Origin: Kudoa neothunni
Lineage: Eukaryota; Animalia; Cnidaria
Direction: 5' to 3'
Assembly (NCBI GenBank): GCA_964304625.1
Contig: OZ199838.1
Span: 4,613,354-4,677,353 of the forward strand
Length of the DNA: 64,000 nt
Made by a program: the position numbers and the translations under genes. Numbering within the stretch: the first letter of the stretch is position 1; each line of letters starts with the position of its first letter. Under the pieces are notes generated by a model that did not search any database, was not told where the DNA came from, and saw only the letters and a list, made by a program, of their open reading frames with translations. Of the stretch, positions 14,515 through 28,700 are shown piece by piece.

Positions 14515-16462
14515 ATGGTATCAAGCGATTCAGATGAAGATTTAGAAAAAATTGTTTTTGGAGAATCTTCAACTAAAGTTATTGATCTGATAGACAAGGC
14601 AAGCAAGCACAGCTACCAGCCTGTCACTCAAGACGATAATCGAAGTGGTTCTCTTTATGGTTTTGTCCTAGACACCCAAGGATCCCATCTGGGTGAAGCA
14701 CCAAAAATATTATCAACTGATTTGAAAAAAAATTCTGCATCGAGCGATGCACCTTTGTGGCTTGATCCTGATGATGAGAATCTAGAGTAGATTAAAAACT
14801 GATTTGTTCATTGATTATTTTAACCCCGCTTCTATAGAGTGAATATTGTGAACAGAAAACGTCTGAAGAAATTGAGATCGCACAAAGATGAAATAGCTGT
14901 GTCCGGTTCACTTTATACAGAAAGATTGAAAACTCAGTTAATTCAACCTGTGAATAATGTTGTGTTCTATTTTGCTTCTAGATATGAAGAAATATATGGA
15001 AATCCAGCGTGGTCAACAAAAAAAATTGAAAATGGTATTTATTATAATTATCGGATTAATTCTATCATAATAATCACATAGATGAGCAACTTGAACTCTT
15101 TTTGACAACCACCACCACATTTCCCACCAAAAGATCAAAAAGATCACCACATATTTCTTTGCTCCACGTAAAAGATGCAAACAAAAGCTTTTCTGCATCA
15201 GGCATTTTGAATGCTGTCGAATTTCATCCCAACTCAACTGTTATATTGACTGGGGGATTCAACGAACGAGTGGATCTATTCAGAATCGACGGGAAAAAGA
15301 ATGCTCACATTTCCAGTGTTACTTTGGACAAATTCCCAGTTTACTGTTCACATTTTAATGGCACGAACGAAGTTGTGGCATCCTCCAGAAAGCCTTATTT
15401 CTATGTTCATGATATGGTAAAAAATGTGGGCTCCTTTGAACATAAAATTAGAGGTGTGTCATTGTGATATTTGGTTATACAAATAGAATGTCGGGTGTTT
15501 ATTTGTTTTTTCTGTTAGGAAGACACGAAGAACGTTGGGATAAGTTTTGGATTTCTACCACAGCGAACTTGATTGCATTCAAAGGTGAAGGTGGTTACAT
15601 TCCGCTGGTGTGCGCAAAAGTATTTAGTTGAATGTTTAAGCCCTTGTTTAAAGTAGTTATTGTCTGTGTAGTCGAAGCAATGGGTAGACAATCTTAAGAT
15701 TAGTGGCACTTTCAATTCCGGGTGTTTCTCCAGTGATGGGAAATTGTTTTATGCATTTGGAAGTATGGTTGTGTAATGTGACAATGTCAATTTTAATCAG
15801 ACAATAGATGGAGGAGATGTGTATTGTTGGGATGTTGGTATGAGACGATGTGTGTATAGATTTGCTGATGAAGGTTGTTTACGTGGAACTGTCATCGATA
15901 TCGACAGTACAAATAGTTATATCTCCACAGGGTATCAAATGATTATCCATCTTAGTACATATATTCGTTTATAGTTCGATAAATGGTGTTGTTAACATAT
16001 ACGACGTGAATCAAGTGCTAAACTACACTAACAATTCATCAAGTGGCTCACCTAAACCTTTAAAATGCATAACGAATTTAACGACGGCGGTAACAACTGC
16101 TAAATTCAGTAGATCGGGGTAAATTCTTTGTGGTTAAAGCTGATAACTTACATAATTACTATCTAGAAATATGCTGTTTATAGCTTCGAAACAACTTGAT
16201 GGATCAGCTCGTGTTGTATGAAATTCAATGTAGGCGATTTAAATTTGAAGATCTAATTTAGGTGGATCTATCTTCTCAAACGGTTCTCAGTGGATGGCCA
16301 TCAAAAACCGTAAACATTGGTCGTATTAACAATTGCGATTTCTCCCCTGACAACCAATGGATGTCGATAGTGAACAATCGTGGTAGGGCACTTCTGTATA
16401 GGTATGCTTAGTGAAGTGTGTAGTCAGTGTGTGATAATAGAGTTTTTAGAATCAGATGTTAG
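14515..16462 (+). CDS. UTP18: U3 small nucleolar RNA-associated protein 18 (WD40), 11 exons
   Basis: The spliced protein has LEKIVFG, WLDPDDE, Y.ERLK.QY..IYG.PAW, KDAN, VEFHP, IDGKKN, F.DEGCL.GT, TGS.NGVVNIY, PKPLK.I.NLTT, WP and FSP..GRALLYR. Ten GT..TAG introns keep the frame. Confidence 0.93.
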
Positions 16463-17018
16463 ATCAAATTAGATTGGCCAGTAGAAATGTTTTTATGTAA
16501 ATGGTAATTTTCTGTTTTTTGGAGTTTGTTCTGTCTTTTTCGTATTTCTTTTGCACGTTGATGAATGAATTGAACTTGTGTGCATTATTGTTAAATTTTC
16601 AATTGATGAGAAACAAACTGTAGACTATTATGAGAAATTGCACGTCGAGTTTGTATAAGTATGATGATAATGAGGTTAGTCGTTTTGTAAGATCATTTTC
16701 ATAATTTTTCCTGCATTATGTTTTGTACTTTTAATGAATACATATTGCATTGAAATTTGTGCTACAACGCTATTAGAATACAATTGTATCACCTTTGCTC
16801 TCCTAATAATTTAGCTTAGATAAGGAAAACATTCTGCTTTATTAACATATCATTTTTCTCGATATTCTCCATTTTTATATTTTCACGATCCAGAATTTAT
16901 TTTTTAACTGCATTTCTATTAGTTGCACATACGAAATCTGAATATATTATAGTTGGCGTTAATTTCTAAAAATTGAGTCTATTTGATCCAGTTAATCATT
17001 AAGCGTAATGTTCTATTG

Positions 17019-17760
17019 CAAGGGTCGGCAACCTATATGACCGAATGAGCCAATCATTGACGATGAAAAATTTTTTCGACTCTTGGAACCACATTATTAA
17101 ATATAGGCCCAAAAATCACATTATTTATTCTTGAAATCATATAAAGATACGTTTCAGGAATATTCGAGGAAAATTGTCGAATTAGACCATTATTTTAATT
17201 ATTAATATTTTTAATGTGGAAGGAAATAATGAAAATAAATATACAATCGTGAATTTGATTGATTGCTCCAAGCGATATTATAATGCCGTTTTCAATAATT
17301 TCTATTACCACATATTAAAAATTCTCCATTTAATCTCTATACAACAAATATACGATAAAAAATGGATCTTTGTGAATATTATCGTCAGTAAAGATGAAAA
17401 TACAACAAAATAGTCTAATCCTTTAATATTAAAAGAATAATTTATTTTCTGCGTATTTTCAGAAATTTACTGTTTCCATGACATTTTGTATTTTTGTATA
17501 GGGTTTACCATGCAGTCAAACTAAGGAATGTTCAATATTGTGACAAAATTAATTTCAATGGATAACACTTAATGGAAATGTAAGTATAACTATTTTTATG
17601 TAACAAAATTTACCGAGAAAAACTTTAAAACTTGGAAAATTATCAACACGTCCTTAGGTCTAGATTAAAGTTTTAAAAAATCTCTCACATATAAATAAAT
17701 TAAATGTATTCTGTGTAATACTCGAAAAGTTTATTTTTTAGATTTTTCAGTTTAATATCA
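17019..17760 (+). mobile_element. hAT-family non-autonomous element fragment (one end)
   Basis: Begins CAAGGGTCGGCAACC (hAT-type terminus). A homologous, diverged copy lies in the opposite orientation at about 50130-50712. Confidence 0.55.
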
Positions 17761-18376
17761 ATTTTTATAATAAGAGTATAATTTAAATAACGGTAAAAAA
17801 TTATTTTTAAATTAACAGGGTGGGGAAAGATGGGAACATTTTGGTTTGTTGTGCCTCGCTAACTATTTATTGGCCATCATGTGGCTCTCACGATTCGGAC
17901 CACTTTGGGCTCCTGGAAACCAGGAACTAAAAAATGTCAATCTTATAATTAAGAATTTTTGAAAAATTAGTCTTATTACTTGATTTATCAGCTTAACTTT
18001 CACCTAACGCATTTATATTTCCTTAGAAATCGTTAAGTTCACCAGGCGTTATACCTCCGCAGTCCGATGACATTTTAATCACTTCAAACGAATAAGCTTT
18101 AAATCGGGCCGATACAGCAAGAATTCATATTTATAATTTAACAATACATCAGATTCTTAACATCGGGTTTAAATAAAATATTATAATTTTAAAAAATTTA
18201 ACCAGACAAGAAAGGTAAATCATATGAATAAACGTGAAATTTGATTCTCGACATTCGATTTTGAACAGAAGAAAAACGGCATCTAATGCAAAGTGGGCTC
18301 CTGGATCCCAAAGTGGTCCATAAAGATTTAATAATTGCAGATGTGTAGGACCATGTTCAATGAGGAATTCGTAATA

Positions 18377-19379
18377 AAGTAGGTAATCGGTTTTCCGTAC
18401 TGACCGATTGTACGTACTTTTACTTTTTCTTCTCTTATACATAATTATCAGAGCCAAAACTATTTTCGTAACTTAAGACAGTTTATTTTATGTAATTGAA
18501 ATTAACAATTACAAACAAAGTAATTTATAAAGTAGTTTTTTATAAAAAATAGAGATTATCGATTTTACGTAGTTTTCGGCTACAACCCTAATTTTCAAAA
18601 TCCTTTGTTTTAATTAACTACATCCACGTAAATATCGTAAATAATTTATCCAACAAGAAAAGTTTATTATTATCCCATAATTTAAAAACTTGTGAATGAA
18701 AGCCGGGAAATCTTTTACATTCTTTGGTATTTTTTATCTCTAACCTATTTCTACCTTGAAAACTATTGAAACAATAATGTCTAATTGATCTCCCATGTAA
18801 AATAAGTTGGGATTTATTCAAAAGATATATCCTGAAGAAAGGGTCAAACAATTTTTATGCTATAGTTTAGAATTGATTAAAGACATTAGAGCCAACAAAA
18901 TCGATTTATTATAGACGATTAAAATGTAATAAAATAGTTAAATTCAAAAGAATTTATTACGTTACGAGACTTTATGGTTATAGGTTGCTCCATAATTAAA
19001 AAATGATCAATTTTCTTGGATGGCCATTTATACACTCAAAACTGTTGCCATAATTAGTCGAACAAATTGATTGCTGTTGTTGCGGAATTTTCTACCGGTG
19101 TGTTTTACAATTTACATAAAATTATACTATTCAATTAATAAAACAATGTCAAATTATTTTAGTATGTATAAATTTTCTAAAATAACTATTGATTTATGTC
19201 TGGAACCCAATTCACGTCTAGAAAAAGGATCTAAAATAATTTATGAGTTAATGTTTTACGTCCATTTCTGAACGGCGTTCAGACTGTCCGTTGATTTGTC
19301 GTCCCAAGACTTAATGAGTTTTAAATTTCAGTGGAAATTTACCCATTTAATTTGAGTAAATTAAGAGAGCAAGAGTGAT

Positions 19380-19416
<37 letters not shown>

Positions 19417-19841
19417 CGTTAAAATAGTACTTTCAAAAGTATTGTTAACAACTTTATGTATATCACTGTAGCTCAATTTGTAACAATGAAAATAAATTAT
19501 ATAACGTCATTCATGTATTTTTCAAATAATTCATCACGATAACTATTCTCCTTCTAAACGAATAATTTTTTCAACGTCCAACTACAAAAGTATTTCGGTT
19601 AAAACCACATTATTGAAAATGCTAACAACCTAAATGCATAGCCACCAGATTTTCTTAAATTTATGTTAAACGGATAAAAGTCTTCCTAATGTTAATAATT
19701 GTGAACTTAATTATATTACATCAATACAAAATATTTTAATTGTTCGCACACGCATCAAAAGTACGTAAAATCGGTCAGTGATGCATTTTTAGTAACTTTT
19801 CTCTAATCCCACAGGGATTATAGAAGATTGATTACCTGCTC
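18377..19841. mobile_element. Non-autonomous Tc1/mariner-pogo-type element, copy 2
   Basis: Colinear and diverged relative to 1986-3418. Same TIRs (AAGTAGGTAATCGGTTTT / GATTGATTACCTGCTC) and TA flanks. Confidence 0.8.
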
Positions 19842-21292
19842 TATTTAGAAGTTATTTGTTTTTATTGAATATTTTCTTTCCATATTTCTATAAATCGTTA
19901 AATTGCAAAAAAAAGGAAGTTAGTACAAGATGGTGATTCTCGAAATCCCATACGCTCCTTCATTATCCATATATTTAAATAAAAAATAGTATACGTCGAA
20001 TGATAATTTGAAATTTGAAAGTAATAGTGAGTTCCGCGATTAGGAATTATATAATTTCTTTGTGTTTTTACCTTAGAAATTTCACTTTATATTATGCATA
20101 TAATAGTCAAAATTGGTAACACCCAAAGATTATTTACCATGCTAAAGCCACTCTAAATATTATAATTAGGCTGCATCACCAAAGGATAAACTAGCCATAA
20201 AAGAAAGAGACTGATTACAATTTTATAAATAGTTATTAAATATTTATTGCTAACAACATTTTAAGAATTCATACCAACTTCTTATTGAGTTTAACAGTCC
20301 CGATGATATAATTCCTTAAAAATCCTTAAGTGCGTCAGAAACCCGATTATGCAAAAATTGACTCTATCCAATTTTGATATTACTTAGTTTATCCCTATAT
20401 TTTAAAATTTCCCCCGGCTGAGAACGTGTGTGTTAATGGAATGGATAATTTACGGAAGTTCGTTAATTTTTAAAGTTATTTACATTCAAAAAAATTCAAT
20501 AACAAATTCAATAAATTCTAGAAACAGAGAAAGTTTAATAACAGCCAATTTTATACGGTAAAAGTTACAAACTTTAAATAGGAGGTAGTAACGAGCGATA
20601 AAAAGTAAATATCCCTAAATTAATTAAATTTTGAAAGTTCATCATAAATCGTAAAAACAAATAACCTATCATTTCAATACATGCAAAGGTTAGTCTAGAA
20701 GTTTTAAAAAATTCCTCGTAGAGTCTATATTATAGACTCTACAGAGTAATATAATTATTTCTCCAAGGTAGAGAGTTTAAAAATTATCGTGCTCCAAAAA
20801 TGATATTAGGTTTGCAAAGAAAATTTAAAAATACTAATTCTTGAGCATTTAAAGCATAAACTAAAAGACTTTATTATATGATTCAGTCATACTTTGAGAA
20901 AATGCAAAGGGTTGATTCTTTCTCTTAAAAGATTCAATTATAGATGGAGTGAATAGCCCACCTTGCATTAATGTAATGGTTGGTTATACAAAAGATGTGA
21001 TCCAAGCTAATGTATTCACAGTACGGCACCACCGCCTTTTAAGCTATGACTGGTTGGTTCGAATCAGGCCCGCGTCCATTCATTACAATTAGCCACAAAT
21101 ATCCACCATTTATTTAAGAATATATGTATTAATTTCGAGATAAAAAAAGTTCAACTTTAATAAGCTAATTTTCACGAAACACGCCCCTAAATACCGAGCG
21201 CAGTTTAGCAAAACATTCAAAAAATAGAGCCTTTTCATTAAATAATAAGTCGAAATAGCTGTTGTAATTCATAATAACGTCGGGAAATTGCG

Positions 21293-22043
21293 TTACTCAT
21301 TTTGACTCCTATGTCCACTTGATGATGAAGATGGAGAGACAACGATATCAAAAGCGTGTGGGTTTTCGGAGATATAGTCGTTGAATTCTTTGCGCGAAAG
21401 GGATCCACTTTTGTTTGTATCGATAGAAGCGAACAACTTGTCGACTTTTTGTTGGTTAAAACCCTCCAGTGACTTTCCCGATAGAATGTGATATAATTTC
21501 ACCATTCGAAGGAACTCGCCAGGGTCAATAGTTCCACTTTTATTGATATCGTTTAACTCAAAAAGCAGATTCATATTTTTATGTTTATCATGATTTTCGT
21601 TGCTAAATCTCAGAGCCGCCATCATAAGGATTTCGTCAGCATCTGCAAAACACCAACATAAAAATGAAACGTTCCAATATATTAAAATAGAAATATAACA
21701 AAAAATTTTGTATTGACAGACTTATAGCTTAACGAAACTCATGTAAAAATTGTGATAGCCAACTCACACCGAGCAGGCGGCTGATTCTCATAACAATTTA
21801 AAATACAGGTTCCATACCCAAAACTCCATTGTGATCGAAATCAAGAACATCGAATAATGAAGATGCATCGTCACTATCCAAACCTTCCTCAATCATCAAA
21901 TTCTCAAACTGAGGTTTGTTAAGAGCGTTCGTCTTCATTCTTTTGACAAGGGCTCTCCTTATTTTTTTCAGACAATCCTCACCTATGTTGTATCTGGATG
22001 AGATATTTTTGGTTTCTGAAAAGGATTTCTTCTTGAAGAACAT
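21293..22043 (-). CDS. EF-hand calcium-binding protein (neuronal calcium sensor/calcineurin-B-like), 2 exons, intron 21643-21817
   Basis: Three canonical EF loops: DFDHNGVLDADE (assembled across the intron), DINKSGTIDPGE and DTNKSGSLSRKE. Confidence 0.85.
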
Positions 22044-22209
22044 TTTCTCTTCGGACAAACCAACAACCAATTAAATAAAAACAATTCTAACTTAGGTGTT
22101 TTATTTGTTTTTGCGAGTATTAGGAAAACATTCCCCACAATAACAACTGTATTGAGATGGATTGTAGAAAAAATAACAGATTTAAAAAAAAGACACCTCA
22201 TTCAAACAA

Positions 22210-22798
22210 TTATCTAATGTAACCAAGTTTATTGGAGTATTTGAATCCACATCTACGATAGAATTTAGCCATAGGTGGCTTCGGCACGATTCTACTCGTT
22301 TCAACCATTGTTTTGAACGCAGAATCATGTTCAAACCCCATCATTTTCTAAACAAACATTTATTGTTTAATTACATAAACAGCAAATCGATTCATCTGTG
22401 GTTACTCGATGTTGTTCCATGTTGTCATAATACAGGTCCCCCTTGTAATCGTATTGATCTATTAAATAACAGATTAAATTCATATCTATGTTGTGAATAC
22501 AAAAATTTCGTTTTATTTAAAAACTCTCGGCCAAACTATCTATTGAAGTATACGAACAACAATTACAAGGCCCATAAATTTGTTTTTTCCCTTGAGCAAC
22601 TAAAATTCGATCGTGATCTTCCACAAACTTTCCTATCACCAAAGGATTGGGTTCTTTGGCATATTTTTTTATTTTATATTTAAAGTGATCAACCGAATTG
22701 TGAAAAATGTACGAATTCCAAGGTTGATTGCGTCGGAATTCCTTTAGCGATTTTCGGAAAAGTTTGAGAAGTTTTTCCTCCGACTGCTGTGAAGCCAT
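22210..22798 (-). CDS. LYR-motif protein, probably divergent complex I subunit NDUFB9, 3 exons: 22798-22567, 22458-22406, 22347-22210
   Basis: MASQQSEEKLLKLFRKSLKE...YIF...KIKKYAKEPNPLVIGKFVED...YGPYQYDYKGDLYYDN aligns by eye with NDUFB9 (LYR..L, IF, PY...GG..Y.RN). Two GT..TAG introns give an open frame to TAA. Confidence 0.65.
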
Positions 22799-22873
22799 TG
22801 CGAGGATAAATAACCAAGTGTTAGAGTATGCGTGACAGAGAATGTTTGAAATCCAATATGCGCACGTCACCAA

Positions 22874-23212
22874 ATGGAAGACCGTTTGGGCGCAGAGCCA
22901 CACTCACCATTCACAATTGCAGTACGCAGATTGTTCGAAGCAATTAACAACCAATCCACTGTGAACGAGGTGCTTAATCCTTTGCGAACCAAGCCATACG
23001 AAAAACTAGTTGAAGACGTTCAAAAGAGTGCCCACAAAACCAAACTAACTATTGTAAATGCCTGCATTATTCTAAAGTACACTCAAACCTTGCGGCCACA
23101 CGAACAAATGGAACCCGCGCCTATGGATACAACCGAAATCATTAAAGAACTCGAACAACTGGAGCACGCGTTTGACGTTGTGATTGATAAATGCATACGC
23201 TTTCTCTCGTGA
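22874..23212 (+). CDS. Hypothetical 112-aa helical protein, single exon
   Basis: ATG-initiated ORF, more GC-rich than background and with protein-like composition. It fills the gap between two real genes. No recognisable family. Confidence 0.55.
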   Translation: MEDRLGAEPHSPFTIAVRRLFEAINNQSTVNEVLNPLRTKPYEKLVEDVQKSAHKTKLTIVNACIILKYTQTLRPHEQMEPAPMDTTEIIKELEQLEHAFDVVIDKCIRFLS

Positions 23213-23276
23213 GAAGAATTACAAACAAATAATTTAAAAAAACAATTTTTATGTATATGCATATATATGAGTGTTT

Positions 23277-24361
23277 CTATTTGACATATTTATCCATAAA
23301 TTTCCGATGAAATTCTGATCGGATAGTGTCGTTTATAAATGATTTTTTCTATAAATGCATTATGCATTAGATCAAATAAATCTACATATATATAAATTGA
23401 AGGGTACGCACTTTTTCCGAATCGCTGACTGGATTGCAATTTTTAAAGACGACGTCATCATCCCATCTAAATAAAAATAGTTTTAGAGCCAAATAGACAA
23501 TTATAGAGGATAATTGATAAGGAATTAGCGTTAATGATTGCAACAAAGAAAAAATTAGGACCTGCCTAAGATATAGAATAAATGCTATTATTTTACCTTC
23601 TTTTCACAACGAACGCATCTTTAGAATTTAAATTAAGCAAAGGATTGCCCATCCTTGCATTTTCCAACAAGACTTTTTCCTCTCGGGCCCTTTTTTCTAA
23701 TTCCTAACAAAAGAGAATTCTAAAATAAAAAAAGGCGCATTCAGAGAAACCTTTTTCATGTTGCTTTCCGCTCTTTCCTTCTTAATGCGCTGCAATTCAG
23801 CGAGTAGCTCCGCTGTCTCATCATCATCATCACTTTCCTCTTGGTTGTTAACTCCCCCTTCCCTATCATTGGTATCTCTATTGTCACTGTCGTCCTGCTC
23901 AAAATCCGAATTATCATTCACACATTCGTCATCATCTTTATCCAAATTGATTAATGCTTCGGGAAGAGCTACCCATTTTCTGTGTGGTACAATTACATCA
24001 TTAGAATCTAGACGCGTTGAAGCAGATGCGAATGATGATCCAGATCCAGCATCATATTCGGAATTAATTGCCGGGAGATTCGGCTTAATTGTTGGAACCT
24101 TAAAATCGACCCCTTGTTCTTTATCCGCCAGTTCGCTTTTAAAATCTTTTCCCGAAAGTTCTTCTTGAGTGAACTGACCAACTTGACTAACAATCCCATC
24201 AATATTGATGATGTATACTTCAAATATTACCGCGTCTTTAACTTCAAATGGCCAGGCATATCCTTGCTGGAATACTGCTTGGATAAAACAGCCAGGTTAC
24301 CCTCATTTTTTCCCCTACCTCCTTTGGCAGTATCAAAAGTCGCTCTACCAGCAGTTGTCAT
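23277..24361 (-). CDS. CWC15: Spliceosome-associated protein CWC15, 5 exons
   Basis: [68 protein letters not shown] and [20 protein letters not shown]. Confidence 0.96.
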
Positions 24362-25621
24362 TTTGCGACTATTGCCGATAGTATCCGACATTAACATTAA
24401 CCATAAACTCAATGGTTGTTAACCTTTTTTCCTTGCGGACCCCTAATGTGTTCAATGAACTTATCATGTACTCCATTTTGTTTTAATGTTTAATCTAATC
24501 ATATATATATATATATAAATTTATTGGTAATGGTGTACTTACCGGCCACCAAAATTCGGGATGTCGTAATTTTTTTCGACCGATTTTTTCGTAGATTAAG
24601 TTCATTCACTCTAAAAAGTCGCAGCATACAAATATAAATCAATTTTTTTTGTTTCTAATGTTTCCTAAATTCGTTGTCATAATCCATTAATTGAGCATAA
24701 CATAACATGTGACACCAAATAAAAAGATCCTCAAACTATATGTTTTCTCACATTTTATCACGATATATAGCACATAATAATATAATATTAGAATCTAATA
24801 TAGTTACGCTTATATGTGATTTAAGTTTGTATTTTATCACTTAAGCTTAAGGACGCACGTTTCAGAAAATAAGGCGGCAATGGTTGATATTAAATCGGAC
24901 GATGAGTTTTTTTTGCTTATAAATAATAATGAAAACATGGTTATATATTTATGTAGAAGGTAATTGAAATACAAGAAATGGTTCTCATTAAATAAGATAG
25001 ATGTAAAACAAAAATTATCTATCAAGAATATATTAAAGATCTTGTACTATTTGTCTTTAGATAATACTATTGAATCAATCTCATCAATGGTTTCTGTCTC
25101 CAAAAAAATCGATTACAAATTGGTTTATTAAAATTCGAACCATTTGTATAAACCATTTCCTCAATCGACAAAAAATTCGGCGGTGAAGGATACGTTATTA
25201 AAATTGATGAAAGTCTATTACATTACAAAAGAAAAAATAACAGGGGCCATTACTTAAATGGAGATTCTTGGAAAACATTCTTCTACCAAAGGGAATTTTT
25301 ATCCCTGAGAATGAAGTGACAGTAATAAGAAAAAAAATTTAATTAATTTATTATGTCTTCTAGACGGATGGAAGTGGAAGTGAGTATTGCCCCTGATTGT
25401 GGAGAATTGTCCGACGAATATATGTGTATATGTTATTTAATTATACGATAGTAAATTTTATAAATTAGCTCTGTGTTCGAATTCTGAAAAATATGGGAAT
25501 AGGGGTGGACGGTCCCCTGAGTTTTTGGTCTTTGTTTTGTGCTCAGTTGATCCTGATGGGAAAAGGACTCTAAAAGAGGTGAGGTATTTCAGTGTTCAAA
25601 AGAAGAAATCATGAATCTCTG

Positions 25622-25740
25622 TGTAACGCGGCAGCGACAAGCTATAGAAAACACGGTTCAACAAAACTAACCACGCCCCCCGACGACGAACCTTCGACCA
25701 TAACATAAAGGTGATGATTAATTATATTAGGTTCACTACA
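25622..25740 (-). repeat. 3' LTR (119 bp)
   Basis: Direct repeat of 29691-29807 that differs only by two single-base homopolymer indels. Adjacent to the PPT. Confidence 0.97.
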
Positions 25741-25779
25741 TTACTCCCCCCTTTTTAGAATAATGGATTATACTTCGAA

Positions 25780-28700
25780 ATCATCAAGGTATAGCGGCCT
25801 TTTTCTTGTTTCTCGTAGGTCTATTGTTTTGTTTAGTGTTCGGATTGGTATTTGACTCATCGATGGTATAATGTTGGGCAAGACGTCATTTTCATGGACG
25901 GACTGAATTTTATTGGTGTGGTTTTCAACAAAACAAACAGGGCCTTTTTGCCTTTATTACCTTATATGGTCCTTCATATTTTTGGGGCAAGTGAAGTGAT
26001 TTTCCTATTCTTTATGTAGACATGACTTCCTATTTTCTGTTTTCCATTGGACATTTTTTGCGGTTGTAGTAATAAGACTGTTTCGTTTGTGCCTCTTCTA
26101 TATTCTCTTTTGCTTTGTTTAATGCGCTTCTCATTGCATTCGAGAGTTTCTCAGCGTAAACATGAGGGTTTTGTAACAGCATTGTTTAGATTGTAGGATA
26201 TTGTACTAGTAGGTGTAACTAATTCTCTACCATACATTAAATACGCGGGGCTATAACCCGTAGTTGCTGACGGCGTTATTCTAGTAGCCAGAAGGGCTTT
26301 ATCTAAACTTTGGTCCCATTCTGCGTTGTTTTCCAGAATGAGAGCTTTAAGTTTAGTTTTTATGTTACGTACTTGACGCTCTGCCATGCCATTTCCTTCC
26401 GGGTGATAGGCCCGTCGACCGCGACTTTTGAACACCAAAAAGTCTACAGACATCACCGAATAATACTGATTCAAACTGAACTCCTTGATCCGAATTGTAG
26501 ATATTTCGGGCAACCGTGGCGCGATATTATCAATTCAAAGAAAGCATCCGCGGTTTCTTTAGCTGTGATTGTTGATAAGGCTTTTGCTTCCACCCATTTA
26601 GTAAATTGATCTATAAATAGAATTACAAACCTATTAACCGTTTGATGTAGTTTTCCATTGGTCCCCATAAAATCTACGTGCCATCTTACACAAGGACCTA
26701 GCACGGGGATCGGCATTAGTGGTGCTCTTTTACTTTATGAGTATTTCCTTTCACTTTCAGGCATATATCACACTTTTTTTATCATAGATGTAACATCGTC
26801 TTCTAGCGTTGGCCAATAAAAAATTTCTCCGTAATACTTGTACTGTCTTCGTTATTCCTGAGTGTGCACATTCCTCATGTACTTTTTTAACGATCATTCT
26901 TCTCATTCGCCATGGAACAACAGGTAATTTACCAAAACGTGAGGCGTGACAAAGTAATCCATCCACCATTTCCAATTTGTCTCTTCTATCATACAATTTC
27001 TTCAGTTCAGAGTTTCCAGATAATTTTGTCGATTCCGTCGGATTCCTCTTGGCATTTTTAGCGACTTGTATGCATTTATCCTCGTTTTGTGCTGTCCTTA
27101 ATTGATCGTAGGTAGCATATGTTCCCATACTGAGCACGCTTCTGGACAGGGCATCCGCAATGTTGTTTTGACATCCAGGTTTATACATAATTTCATAACA
27201 ATAGTCTTCCATTTCCATCAACCAACGAGCGCGTCTCCCTCTTGGATCTTTCCTGCTCCTCAAATAGACCAGGGGATTGTGATCTGTCAATATGAAGAAT
27301 TTTTTCCCAATCAAGTAATGTCGAAATTTTCGTACAGCGTTTACGATCGCCAATGCCTCTCTGTCTGTCACACTATAGTTCTTTTGGCTGCAATTTAACT
27401 TTTTACTTGTATAGGCAATGACATCTTTTCTCTCCGGGCTCTGATAAAGCACTGCTCCAACAGCTGTATTTGATGCATCACATTCAAGATAGAATGGAAT
27501 GTCCGGATTCGGATATGCTAAAGTAGGTGACTCCTTTACAGCCTCCTTCAATATGCGGAACATTTTCCTTTCGTCGTCATCCCATTTGAATGGTACCTTC
27601 GATGACATCATATCCGTAAAATGTGATGAGAGCTTAGCCAATCCTTTAATGTGTCTATGCATAAAGTTTAAAGCGCCAAGAAAAGCTTGCAAGTCATCTT
27701 TGGATTTTGGTTCTTTCCAGTCCAATATACTTTTTACTCTATCAGGGTCATTCCGAATACCATCCTTGGAGATAATGAATCCCAAATAAGCCAGCTCGTT
27801 TTTGCAGAATTTGGATTTTTCGTTGTTAATTTTCAAATTTGCCGTGTCCAGCCTCTCCAATACTATATCAACGTGGTCCATATGTTCAGATTTTGACTTT
27901 GAGAATATCACAATATCGTCAAGGTATGCTATAGCAAAGGGCAAATCGCTAAGTAGTCTGTCCATTATTCTTTGGAATGTGGCTGGACCATTACACAATC
28001 CGAAGGGCATTTTGAGAAATTCGTAAAGTCCACGACCATGACTAAATGCAGTTTTTTCAACATCCTCCGGTGCCATCGGTATTTGCCAATAGCCGGATTG
28101 CAAGTCCAGAGTTGAGAAAAAATTTGCACCCCCAAGTGAATCCAATACTTCTTCAAGAATTGGCAGTGGATATTCATCTTTTACGGTCACATCGTTCAAT
28201 TTCCTGTAATCGACGCACAGACGTAGATCACCGCTCTTCTTCTCCACTATCACAACTGGAGATGACCAAGCACTTTTTGATCGTTGTATCACTCCCAACG
28301 ATAGCATCCTGTCTATTTCTTTGTCTACCGCATCCCTGTAGTGTATGGGAACTCTATAGGGTCTAGATGAAATTGGTTCGTGACCGTCGGTTACAATCCT
28401 ATGAATGGCGTATTCTCCGACTGAGCAATCACCAGCTCTTTCCACAGACCGAACCATATTAACACCTTTGATATCTCGGGATTTTACCAGTGACTGTAAT
28501 GGATATTTTATTGTATTGACCGACTGGCTCCTTGGCGGGATATTGTTCAAATGACCATCAGATAATTTCGTATCAATAATGATATTACAATGTTCGAACA
28601 AAAAATCTCTCCCAATAATAGCATCGTATATCAGATTGTTAACAATAAATGCTTTGCAATCTACCCAAACTCTACCAATATGCACTTGAATTGTGATAAA

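Noticed and set aside
21020-21078. tRNA-Lys(TTT)-like sequence (CTTTTAA loop, GGTTCGAATC, terminal CCA)
   Set aside because: No A box or D arm, and the stems do not pair. At most a decayed tRNA or SINE head.
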